Origin: an uncultured Gammaproteobacteria bacterium | GTDB lineage: Bacteria > Patescibacteriota > Patescibacteriia > Buchananbacterales > UBA6539 | Length of the DNA: 64,000 nucleotides | Assembly (NCBI GenBank): GCA_964535715.1 | Contig: CAZHUO010000002.1 | Span: 16,916 to 80,915 of the forward strand | Direction: 5' to 3' | Shown here: positions 34,762 through 44,135 of the stretch, piece by piece | Layout of the letters: each line of letters starts with the position of its first letter | How positions within the stretch are numbered: position 1 is the stretch's first letter | Position numbers and translations under genes: made by a program | The notes under the pieces: model-generated | The model's database searches: none | What the model was told of the DNA's origin: nothing | What the model saw: only the letters and a program-made list of their open reading frames with translations

Positions 34762-37617
34762 ATGTTTTTTAAATTATATTATCGCATAATAAAATCAAAA
34801 AGGATAAAAATTTTTTCAATTTTTTTGGCCATTTTGATTTTAGCTGGTTTGTTTTTTTTGTCTTTTGCAAAAACCAGCTTTGTATCAGTTGAAAGCCGAG
34901 CTGAATTTTTGCGCAGCCATCCGACTATACAGAAGCTTCTGCCGCTTTATTGGAAAATCAGGAAAATTGGTGATATTACATATTTTCCGTATGTTTTTAA
35001 AAAAAATGAATTGCCGACTTATCGACTTGTAATAAAGCCGGAAAACTTAAAGATTTTAAATGATAATCTGCCTGATGAATTCATGTCGGTAATCTATGGC
35101 GATAAAACCTATGTGCCGGCTAAATTTTATTATCAGGAAAAAGAATATGATGTAAAAGTCCGCTATCGCGGTGATACTGCTATTCATTGGAATGCCCCGA
35201 AAAAATCTTATCATGTTAAATTTGACAAAGACCAGCCGTTTAACGGTTTTAGGGAGCTTGCTTTTGTTATTGCGGATGATCGAAAATTTGTTTTAGAATA
35301 TTTTAACAATTATCGCGCAGATAAGTTTGGCTTATTTCACCCGCCAAGCTTTTTTGCTAATTTAAATTTAAATGGCAATAAACAAGGCTTGTATTTTGTG
35401 ATCGAGGGCTGGTCGCAGGAAATGCTGACTAAATGGGAAGTACCCGATGAAGCCAATCTTTATGGCGATGATAATTTTGGCGTCGTGTGGGACAGCCCTT
35501 TTGGCTGGCGCTTGGTGACAAAAGACAGCCAGGATCGGTTTGCCTTTGATAATTTTTCGGCCATGAACTATTTATTGGATCTATTCAGTAATTCAACCGA
35601 TGAGGAATTTTTTTCTCAAATATTCAATTTGCTGGATGAAGAAAATTTTTATAATTGGCAGATTCAAAATCAACTTATTAATTCGTCGCATCAAAACTTG
35701 GGGAATATCCAATTTTATTTTGATGATTCAAGAGGAAAATTTTATATTATTCCCTGGGATGTTATGGGTGATTCGGTCGATACCGATAATTTCACTAACT
35801 ACGGCCCGATTGCCAGGCGGATTTTTACCAATCCGGAATTTTTTCACAAAAAAAATCTAATGCTTTATCAGTATGTATCTGATGAAAAAAATCTTGAAGA
35901 TGATTTAAAGTTTTATGACCAATCCTATAATAGTATTAAGCCGGCTTTATATAAAGATCGGGAAAAAATTTATACAAACGCTTGGGCTGACAGTATTTAC
36001 AAAGAAAACCGGGAAAAAATTATTACGGTTTTTAATCGGCTAAAAGAACATTTAAAATCAGGTTCTATTTTTGCCGAAATTGCCGTTAATGACGATGATA
36101 ATATAAAAATTAATTCAGTAAATTTATTAGCTGAAATCAATCTGACCGCTAAAAGCGTGCCGGAATTTTATTTAATCTCGGTTAAGCCGGAGTTAATTGA
36201 TAATTTGGCAGAAGCTGACTATCAATTATATTATGATTCTAATTCTAATAATGAATTTGATTTAAAAGACCAGAAGCTAGAAGATCCAAAAAAGGTTATG
36301 ATTTATAGCAGGCAAGCAATCAATCCAGTAAACAGCAGGCTTGAGCCGCAATCGACAAAATATAAGTTTTTTCTAGTCAGCAATAATGTTTCGCCGCAGG
36401 AATTTGCAGGCAAGGTAAAGTCTTTTGAGCTTGAATTGGAAAATGCAATCACCGCCGAAATTCTTGAAAAAGAAAATATTGACCTGAAAATAGTCGGTCG
36501 AAATGTTTTTAAATATTTTTCAGCAATAAATGATATAAGCGGTTTTATAAAAAAATACCCGATTTTTAAAGTCGATGAATCAAGCAAGGAAATATTGCTT
36601 GATTCAGGCTTTTATCAAATCAATCAGACAGTTATTGTTCCAAAAGGCTTTACCTTAAAAATTATGGCGGGCGCTAATTTAATTTTCGGCCCAAAAACTT
36701 CATTAGTCAGCTATAGTCCGGTTTTGGCTTTGGGCACAAAAGAAAAGCCAATTATAATTTCCGGGCAATCTGGCAGCCAACCTTGGGGTGTTTTTGCAGT
36801 TTTAGACCAGGGTAAACAAGAAAGCAAATTTAGCTACGTCCAATTTTTAGGCGGAAAAGATGATTATATCAACGGCGCATATTTTTCCGGCCAGCTTTCG
36901 GTTTATTTTTCCGATGTGCTAATTGATAATTGCCAATTTTCCGATGCCAATGCGGATGATTCTTTAAACGTTAAAAAATCAAAAGTTATAATTTCCAACA
37001 GCCTGTTTTTCAACAACAGCGCTGATGCGATAGATTTTGATTTTATTAAAGACGGTGAAATAAACAATAGCCGATTTTTCAATAATGGCAACGATGGAAT
37101 TGATATAAGCGGTTCGGAGGTTTTGCTTAAAGGTAATTATATTGAGAAATCCGGAGATAAGTGCATCAGTATCGGTGAATATTCGCGAGGTTCAAAAATT
37201 TATAATAATGTTTTAAACGGCTGTAATATCGGCATTGAAGTAAAAGACGGTTCTAATCCTTTTATTATTAATAATGTGATAGTAAATAATAATATTGGTA
37301 TAAATGCCTACGTTAAAAAACCGGTCTTTTCCGGAGATCTGATTACGGTTTATAACAGCATCATATGGAATAATAAGGAGCCGATAAAAACCGCAGACAA
37401 CATGTCAATTGAAATTTATTCAAGTGATCTTCCCGTCTACTCTGATAAAAATAATAATTTTGATATTGAGCCAATTTTTAGCAATCCGGATGAAAAAGAC
37501 TTTACAATAAATAAGGATAATGTTAAAATGTCATTTATTGATAAAGGCAATTCAGCTATTTTAGAAAGTGTTTTGAATATTAAAATAAAAAAAGCTCCCA
37601 TTGGTTTAATCAGATAA
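34762..37617 (+). CDS. CotH family (atypical kinase-like) protein with a C-terminal right-handed parallel beta-helix domain
   Basis: N-terminal TM and a CotH-like core. The C-terminus has repeated N(N)xxxGIxI beta-helix turns. First ATG 34762 used rather than TTG 34756. Confidence 0.55.
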   Translation: MFFKLYYRIIKSKRIKIFSIFLAILILAGLFFLSFAKTSFVSVESRAEFLRSHPTIQKLLPLYWKIRKIGDITYFPYVFKKNELPTYRLVIKPENLKILNDNLPDEFMSVIYGDKTYVPAKFYYQEKEYDVKVRYRGDTAIHWNAPKKSYHVKFDKDQPFNGFRELAFVIADDRKFVLEYFNNYRADKFGLFHPPSFFANLNLNGNKQGLYFVIEGWSQEMLTKWEVPDEANLYGDDNFGVVWDSPFGWRLVTKDSQDRFAFDNFSAMNYLLDLFSNSTDEEFFSQIFNLLDEENFYNWQIQNQLINSSHQNLGNIQFYFDDSRGKFYIIPWDVMGDSVDTDNFTNYGPIARRIFTNPEFFHKKNLMLYQYVSDEKNLEDDLKFYDQSYNSIKPALYKDREKIYTNAWADSIYKENREKIITVFNRLKEHLKSGSIFAEIAVNDDDNIKINSVNLLAEINLTAKSVPEFYLISVKPELIDNLAEADYQLYYDSNSNNEFDLKDQKLEDPKKVMIYSRQAINPVNSRLEPQSTKYKFFLVSNNVSPQEFAGKVKSFELELENAITAEILEKENIDLKIVGRNVFKYFSAINDISGFIKKYPIFKVDESSKEILLDSGFYQINQTVIVPKGFTLKIMAGANLIFGPKTSLVSYSPVLALGTKEKPIIISGQSGSQPWGVFAVLDQGKQESKFSYVQFLGGKDDYINGAYFSGQLSVYFSDVLIDNCQFSDANADDSLNVKKSKVIISNSLFFNNSADAIDFDFIKDGEINNSRFFNNGNDGIDISGSEVLLKGNYIEKSGDKCISIGEYSRGSKIYNNVLNGCNIGIEVKDGSNPFIINNVIVNNNIGINAYVKKPVFSGDLITVYNSIIWNNKEPIKTADNMSIEIYSSDLPVYSDKNNNFDIEPIFSNPDEKDFTINKDNVKMSFIDKGNSAILESVLNIKIKKAPIGLIR

Positions 37618-37620
37618 TTT

Positions 37621-38376
37621 ATGCCGAAATTGAATTTACATTTTCAGAGATTTGAATTTAAATATTATCTGCCGAAAAATAAAGCAGATAAAATAATTCC
37701 GGCTTTTTTGGCTCATATGGAATGGGATCCCTATATTCAGGGAACCGGCCGGGATTTTTATGAAGTAAACAGCCTTTATTTTGACAGTTCTAATTTTGGT
37801 TGTTTTTGGGACAAGGAAAGCGGAATTGCTGACCGAAAAAAATTGAGACTCAGGTTTTATGGTCAGGAAATTAATGATAAAACGCCTGTATTTGTCGAAA
37901 TAAAGAGAAAAAAAGATGCTTTGGTAATTAAGGATAGAATCAAACTGGAAGCGGCTGATTGTTTTAATAATGTTTTTGATGAAAAATTACTTGGATTGTT
38001 AAGTAAAGATCAGGAAAATAATTTTTTGCAGGAGTTAGTTTGGTTTAAAAAAAGAAATGTAATGAGGCCAAAGCTTTTTGTATCTTATAATCGCAAAGCA
38101 TTAATCAGCAAAATGGATAAAAGATTCAGGGTGACATTTGATTATAATATTAAAACCAAACTTCTTAATGATTTTAAGGATTACAGCTGCAACAATTTAA
38201 AAGAAGTATATCCTAACGGTTTGATTTTGGAGCTTAAATATAATAATATTTTGCCGGCTTGGTTTCAGCAAATCATCCAAAAATATCAGCTTCAGAGAAT
38301 AGCTTTTTCCAAATACTGCAATTCATTGAGAAAAGTTGTTCCGAACCTTGATGATAATAATTATTCAATAAATTAA
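37621..38376 (+). CDS. VTC domain (polyphosphate polymerase-like, CYTH/TTM fold) protein
   Basis: The EFKYYLP motif, an ExK tunnel signature, and the usual partnering with CotH and DUF4956. Confidence 0.55.
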   Translation: MPKLNLHFQRFEFKYYLPKNKADKIIPAFLAHMEWDPYIQGTGRDFYEVNSLYFDSSNFGCFWDKESGIADRKKLRLRFYGQEINDKTPVFVEIKRKKDALVIKDRIKLEAADCFNNVFDEKLLGLLSKDQENNFLQELVWFKKRNVMRPKLFVSYNRKALISKMDKRFRVTFDYNIKTKLLNDFKDYSCNNLKEVYPNGLILELKYNNILPAWFQQIIQKYQLQRIAFSKYCNSLRKVVPNLDDNNYSIN

Positions 38377-38389
38377 ATTAATAAAAATT

Positions 38390-39076
38390 ATGCCGCAAAA
38401 TTTGTTTAACATCACGCCGATTGGCGAGCCTTTAACTTTATTGACAATAATAATCACTATTTTGTTAGCATTTATATTGTCTTTGGCTGTTGCTTGGGTT
38501 TATAAAATTACCCACAAAGGCCTTTCGTATTCACAATCATTTACTTTTACTTTAATTTTAATCGGCTTATTGCTGTCGGTTATTATGATGGTAATCGGCA
38601 ACAGCTTAGCGATTGCATTCGGAGCATTCGGCGCATTTTCTTTGATTCGTTTTCGCACAGCAATAAAAGATACAAAAGACGTGGCCTTCATTTTACTTGC
38701 TGTGACAATTGGCTTGGCAATGGGGACAAGGAATTTCTTAATTGCCATTATAATTACTGTTTTTACCTTGTTGGTTATTTATATATTGACAAAGATCAAT
38801 TTTGGCTCGATAAAAAAGTATGATTATATTTTGAATTTTTCCGCCAATAGTAATATTTTTTCTAATGAAAAAATGCGCAAGCTTTTTAGCGAATTTTTTA
38901 AATATGATAATTTGTTAAATGTTGTTTCCAAAGAAAATGGCAGGATTCTAGATTATACTTTTAATATTAAATTCATTAAATCCGAAGAATTGGAAGCGTT
39001 TATCAAGAAATTCAGTCAGCTTGAGGGAGTTACCAATATTGACATTATCAGTGCAAAAAACGACATCGAATATTAA
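38390..39076 (+). CDS. DUF4956 domain membrane protein
   Basis: An N-terminal 4-TM block matching DUF4956 style, plus a soluble C-terminal domain. Confidence 0.55.
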   Translation: MPQNLFNITPIGEPLTLLTIIITILLAFILSLAVAWVYKITHKGLSYSQSFTFTLILIGLLLSVIMMVIGNSLAIAFGAFGAFSLIRFRTAIKDTKDVAFILLAVTIGLAMGTRNFLIAIIITVFTLLVIYILTKINFGSIKKYDYILNFSANSNIFSNEKMRKLFSEFFKYDNLLNVVSKENGRILDYTFNIKFIKSEELEAFIKKFSQLEGVTNIDIISAKNDIEY

Positions 39077-39142
39077 ATTCATTAAAAAAACACTTTGTGA
39101 AAGCAAAGTGTTTTTATATTGGTTGTAATTATTTGTAAACTC

Positions 39143-40264
39143 TTATTCGCTATAAATTTTTTTTGTTCTTTCAACCATTTTTTCTAAGCTAAAATAATTT
39201 TCTACATCAATTTTTGCTTGCCTGCCAATTTTTACTGCTAAAACATTATCTTTTAGCAGGCGAGTGATTTTTGTTGCCAAATCAGACGGGCTGAATGGTT
39301 CAACCAGCAAGCCGTTGGTTTCGTTTTTTAACATTTCCGGAATTCCGCCTACTTTTGTGGCAACAATTGGCAAGCCGGCGCGCATCGCTTCCAAAATGGC
39401 ATATGGAAAGCCTTCTTTTATTGAAGGCAAAACGAAAATGTCAAAGGCGTTAAGGTATTTTTTTGCATCCAGTACTTTTGACAAAAAAAAGTTATTTTGC
39501 AAATTAAGACCTCTAATTTTCAATTTTAATTCCTTTTCCAGCTGGCCAAAGCCGATTAATCTGAAAATTATATCAGGAAATTGTTTTGTAATTTCTTTGG
39601 CTGCAGAAATTAAATATGTTAAGCCTTTAGTTTCATAAAAGTTTGCAATAGTTCCAATAACAATTTTATCTGGTGGTAAATCAAGTTTTTGCCTGGCAAT
39701 TACTTTATTTAGAAAATCTATCGGTTCAATGCCGTTATTTATCGTAATAAGCTTATTTTCAGGGGCAATTTTATTTTTTATTCCGGCTTGCCGGTCAAAT
39801 TCCGAAACGCAAATCAGCTTGTCTTTGTATCTGGCGGAAAATTTTTCGGCAAAAGTGTAAATATTTTTTTGCAAGTTGCTCATTGGTTCGTTGAAAACAA
39901 AGCCGTGGACCGTATAGATAATTTTTTTTACTTTAGCATGCTTTCCGGCTATTGCTCCAATTACTCCGGCTTTGCTGCTGTTGAGGTGTAAAACATCGGG
40001 TTTTAATTCATTAATCAATTTTTTTATTTCAAAATATGCCTTTATGTCTTCAAGCGGACTGATTTCTCGAATTAAATGTTTTAATTTATAATTTTTTATG
40101 CCATGTTTGTTCAGTTTACTATAGAGTTCCTCATTTCCGCCGGCCGCTACCATTACTTCATATTTTTCTTGTGGCAAATTTGTCGCTAAATCAAAAATAT
40201 AGTGCTGAGCTCCGCCCCATTCCGATTGAGTAACAATATATAAAATTTTGCTGATTTTAGCCAT
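39143..40264 (-). CDS. glycosyltransferase family 4
   Basis: EGFPYAILEAMRAGLPIVATKVGGIPE GT4 signature. Confidence 0.85.
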   Translation of the reverse strand: MAKISKILYIVTQSEWGGAQHYIFDLATNLPQEKYEVMVAAGGNEELYSKLNKHGIKNYKLKHLIREISPLEDIKAYFEIKKLINELKPDVLHLNSSKAGVIGAIAGKHAKVKKIIYTVHGFVFNEPMSNLQKNIYTFAEKFSARYKDKLICVSEFDRQAGIKNKIAPENKLITINNGIEPIDFLNKVIARQKLDLPPDKIVIGTIANFYETKGLTYLISAAKEITKQFPDIIFRLIGFGQLEKELKLKIRGLNLQNNFFLSKVLDAKKYLNAFDIFVLPSIKEGFPYAILEAMRAGLPIVATKVGGIPEMLKNETNGLLVEPFSPSDLATKITRLLKDNVLAVKIGRQAKIDVENYFSLEKMVERTKKIYSE

Positions 40265-40278
40265 TTTTTTAGAGTAAA

Positions 40279-40310
40279 GTTAACTGTTAACTGTTAAATG
40301 TTAACTGTTG
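40279..40310. repeat. tandem heptamer (GTTAACT)4
   Basis: gttaactgttaactgttaaatgttaactgttg. Confidence 0.5.
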
Positions 40311-40449
40311 AATTAGTGTTGACCAAAAGTTTAATTTATATAATAATGATAAGGTATAATTGTTTAATAATCAAGCTTAATTTTTACTAAATTTACTTAA
40401 TTTAGCAAAACCCTTTTTGGGGGTTTTATTAAATTTTATAATTCAAACT

Positions 40450-41700
40450 ATGGAAACAAAAATTTGTGTTGTAGGGCTTGGATATGTTGGCTTGCCTTTG
40501 GCCTGCCTTTTTTCAAAAGAATATAAAGTCTATGGTTTTGATGTTAATCAAAAAAAGATTGATGAATTAAAAAATGGCTTTGACCGAACCAATGAAGTTG
40601 AAAATCTGAAAAATTACAAGCTGGAATATTCAAGCGATCCGTCAATAATCAAGAAGGCTAACTTTATTATTGTTGCTGTGCCAACACCGATTTTGTACGA
40701 TAAGCGGCCGGATTTAAGCTTAGTTATCAGCGCCTCAGAGATTGTCGGCAAAAATTTGCAGCCTGGCTCAATCGTGGTTTATGAAAGTACGGTCTATCCT
40801 GGTTGTACTGAAGAAAAATGTTTGCCAATTTTGGAAATGGAGTCAGGGCTAGTCTTGGGTAACGGTTTTAAAATAGGTTATTCGCCGGAACGGGTTAATC
40901 CCGGCGATAAAATTCATACGATTGATAAGATTTTCAAAATTGTTTCTGGAAGCGACAAAGAAGCTTTGGAAAAAATCGCTGAAGTCTATGGATCAATTAC
41001 AAAAATTCATAAAGCTCAAAGCATCAAAGTCGCAGAAGCAGCTAAAGTGATTGAAAATGTCCAGCGCGATTTGAATATAGCTTTGATGAATGAGCTGGCT
41101 TTAATTTTTGATCGTTTGGGAATCAACACCCGCGAAGTAATAGAAGCGGCCGGTACGAAATGGAATTTTCATAAATACTATCCGGGATTAGTTGGCGGAC
41201 ATTGCATCGGTGTTGATCCGTATTATCTGACTTACAAGGCGATGCAAGTCGGTTATAATCCGCAGGTAATTTTGGCCGGTCGGGGTATTAATGAATTTAT
41301 GACAGAATTTGTTGCTTCAAAATTAGTAGATTGCCGAAAAATTTTGGTAATGGGCTTAACCTTTAAAGAAAATGTGACGGATGTCAGAAACAGCAAAGCC
41401 AATGATCTGATAAGTAAACTGCGGGGCCAGGGCTCGGAAGTTTACGGATATGATCCGTTGCTGGAAAATTTTAAAGATGCCTTGTCCCGATTTGGCTATA
41501 CTTTGATTGAAGATTTTCCTCCTGATAAAAAATTTGATGCAATTATATTGTTTAGCCCTCATGATATTTTCAAATCGAAAAAATATTCACTTGATAATCT
41601 AAAAAATATTTGTAATGAAAATCCAATTTTATTTGATATGAAAGGTTTTTATAATAAAATTGATGCGGAAAATTCCGGTTTTAAATATTTAACGCTCTAA
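40450..41700 (+). CDS. nucleotide-sugar dehydrogenase (UDP-glucose/GDP-mannose dehydrogenase family)
   Basis: ICVVGLGYVGLP Rossmann motif and GGHCIGVDPYYL catalytic Cys. Internal ATG 40450 used. Confidence 0.85.
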   Translation: METKICVVGLGYVGLPLACLFSKEYKVYGFDVNQKKIDELKNGFDRTNEVENLKNYKLEYSSDPSIIKKANFIIVAVPTPILYDKRPDLSLVISASEIVGKNLQPGSIVVYESTVYPGCTEEKCLPILEMESGLVLGNGFKIGYSPERVNPGDKIHTIDKIFKIVSGSDKEALEKIAEVYGSITKIHKAQSIKVAEAAKVIENVQRDLNIALMNELALIFDRLGINTREVIEAAGTKWNFHKYYPGLVGGHCIGVDPYYLTYKAMQVGYNPQVILAGRGINEFMTEFVASKLVDCRKILVMGLTFKENVTDVRNSKANDLISKLRGQGSEVYGYDPLLENFKDALSRFGYTLIEDFPPDKKFDAIILFSPHDIFKSKKYSLDNLKNICNENPILFDMKGFYNKIDAENSGFKYLTL

Positions 41701-41704
41701 TTTG

Positions 41705-42823
41705 ATGAAAGTATTGATAATTTCATTAGCTTACCCGCCGTTTGTCGGCGGTGCTGAGCTGGCAGTAAAAGAAATCACCGATAGGATTTCCAGTTTAAGT
41801 TTTGACATGATTACAGCAAACCTAGATGGAAGACAAAAAGAGTCTGAAAAAATCGGCAACATAAATATATATCGAGTAGGCAAGGGTGTAGTTTCAAAAT
41901 ATTTGTTTCCATTTATCGGCTTTAAAAAAGCTGAAGAATTACATAAAAAAAATAAATACGATGTTGTTTGGGCAATTATGGCAAATCAGGCCGGTTTAGC
42001 GGCTTTAAAATTTAAAAAGAAATTTCCCAATGTCAAATACATTCTGACTTTGCAGGAAGGGGATTCACTTTTAAGAATTTGGTCTCGAACTTGGTTTATG
42101 CGCTCTCGTTATAAAAAAATTTATCTGAAAGCTGATTTAATCCAGGCAATAAGCAATTTTTTGGCCAATCGGGCGAAAAAATACGGCTATAAGGGAAAAA
42201 TGGAAATTGTGCCAAACGGCGTTGACCTTTCCAGTTTTAGCAGGGAATTTGATTTGCAGGAGTTGCTAGATTTTAAAAAAAGTTTGGGTTTGGCTAAAGA
42301 AGATAAAGTTGTAACCACTATATCTCGTTTAGTCCATAAAAACGGAATAGATACTTTGATAAAATCAGCCAGAAATTTATCGGTAAAAGTTTTGATTATC
42401 GGATCAGGCAAGCTTGAAAACAGGCTTAAGTCATTGGCCCAGGAAACAGGGGTTAGGGATAAAGTTTTGTTTTTGGGCTATATTTCTTCTGAAAAGCTCT
42501 CAAAATATTTAAAAATTTCAGATGTGTTTGTTCGGACTTCCCGTTCTGAAGGCCTGGGCTCGGCGTTTTTAGAGGCAATGGCCGCGGAAGTTCCGGTAAT
42601 TGGCACATGCGTCGGTGGTATTCCTGATTTTTTAAAGCCCGAAGAAACAGGCTTATTTTGCGAGGTCGGAAATCCGACTGACTTGGCAAGTAAAATTTCT
42701 GTTTTACTTTCAAACGAGGAATTAAAAAATAAGTTGGTAAAAAACAGCAAAAAGCTAGTTTTGGAAAATTATGACTGGCAGGCAATTTCCCAAAAAATGG
42801 AAAGCGTTTTTAAATCATTATGA
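41705..42823 (+). CDS. glycosyltransferase family 4
   Basis: EGLGSAFLEAMAAEVPVIGTCVGGIPDF. Confidence 0.85.
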   Translation: MKVLIISLAYPPFVGGAELAVKEITDRISSLSFDMITANLDGRQKESEKIGNINIYRVGKGVVSKYLFPFIGFKKAEELHKKNKYDVVWAIMANQAGLAALKFKKKFPNVKYILTLQEGDSLLRIWSRTWFMRSRYKKIYLKADLIQAISNFLANRAKKYGYKGKMEIVPNGVDLSSFSREFDLQELLDFKKSLGLAKEDKVVTTISRLVHKNGIDTLIKSARNLSVKVLIIGSGKLENRLKSLAQETGVRDKVLFLGYISSEKLSKYLKISDVFVRTSRSEGLGSAFLEAMAAEVPVIGTCVGGIPDFLKPEETGLFCEVGNPTDLASKISVLLSNEELKNKLVKNSKKLVLENYDWQAISQKMESVFKSL

Positions 42824-42962
42824 ATCCCGTCAGAAGTCGCGGTTATGTTAATTACAAAAACTATCAAAATGTTTAATAAACTTATAAATAATTTAATTTG
42901 GCCAAGCGGTATTGATTTATTTTCTTTAGAGATAAGACAGGCCGCCACCTACTTTTAACGGG

Positions 42963-44135
42963 ATGAAATTATTAATTGCCACAGGCATCTACCCGCCTGA
43001 TATTGGCGGTCCGGCGACAATTTTAAAAGCTTTGGCTGACTCTTTAATCGGTTTGGGTATTAGCGTGAAAATAATTACTTACTCAGAGAAAACAGAAGTT
43101 GTTAAAGATAATGAGATTAAAATTTATAAAATAAACAAGAAAAGATTTTTTCTAAGGCGTTATTTTAGATATTTATATAGATTCTCAAAACTAGCCAAGT
43201 GGGCAGATCTAGTTTATGTAACGGATACTTATAGTGTTGGTTATTTTGCTTATTTGTTAAAAAAATTTTTAAATATAAAATATATTGTTCGCTTTGCCGG
43301 CGATAGCGCCTGGGAAATGTCTGTAGCAAACGGCTGGACTAACGATTATATCGTTGATTTTCAAAAGAAAATTTATAGCAAAAAAATTGAAAAATTAAAA
43401 AATCGTCGAAAGAAAATTTTGTTAAATGCCAACAAAGTAATTGCGGTTAGCAATTTTTTAGCCGATATTGCTGAAGCAATCGGTGTTGCCAAAGATAAAA
43501 TAGAAGTTATATATAATTCAATTGACTTTTTGGAAGATCCAATAAATTTAGTCCGAAAAACAGAAAATATTAAATTTAAGTATGGCAGAAATGCAAAAAT
43601 AATCGTTACTGCTTGCCGACTCACCCCTTGGAAGGGAGTGGCCGGAATTATAAAAATTTTGCCGGAATTAAAAAATAGAATTGGCAACGTAAATTTGCTT
43701 GTTTTAGGAGACGGACAAGAATTGGAAAATTTGAAAAGTTCGGCATTTAATTCTGGAGTTAAAGACGAAGTTATTTTTCTCGGTAAAATTAAACATCAAG
43801 ATATTATTAGTTATTTTAAAGCCGCCGATTTATTTATTCTCAATACAAACTATGAAGGTTTATCCCATACTATATTGGAAGCAATGAAATCCGAAGTGCC
43901 AATCATTACAACCAATATTGGCGGTAATCCGGAGGTAATTACCGACGGCAAAGAAGGTATGTTGATTAATTATGATGATCAGAAAGGCATGTTTGATTCA
44001 GCAGTAAAAATTTTATCCGATAAACAGTTTAGTGAAAGTTTAACTAATCAAGCGAAAGAAAAGTTGAAAGTTTTTAATTGGAAAGATGGCATGGAAAAAA
44101 CACTAGAATTATTAAAAAAAGTCAGCAATGAATAA
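42963..44135 (+). CDS. glycosyltransferase family 4
   Basis: EGLSHTILEAMKSEVPIITTNIGGNPEVI. Confidence 0.8.
   Translation: MKLLIATGIYPPDIGGPATILKALADSLIGLGISVKIITYSEKTEVVKDNEIKIYKINKKRFFLRRYFRYLYRFSKLAKWADLVYVTDTYSVGYFAYLLKKFLNIKYIVRFAGDSAWEMSVANGWTNDYIVDFQKKIYSKKIEKLKNRRKKILLNANKVIAVSNFLADIAEAIGVAKDKIEVIYNSIDFLEDPINLVRKTENIKFKYGRNAKIIVTACRLTPWKGVAGIIKILPELKNRIGNVNLLVLGDGQELENLKSSAFNSGVKDEVIFLGKIKHQDIISYFKAADLFILNTNYEGLSHTILEAMKSEVPIITTNIGGNPEVITDGKEGMLINYDDQKGMFDSAVKILSDKQFSESLTNQAKEKLKVFNWKDGMEKTLELLKKVSNE

Noticed and set aside
42453-42785. Two overlapping - strand ORFs (110 and 90 aa) within the GT4 gene at 41705-42823
   Set aside because: They are antisense to a well-supported GT4 CDS with the conserved E-x7-E region.
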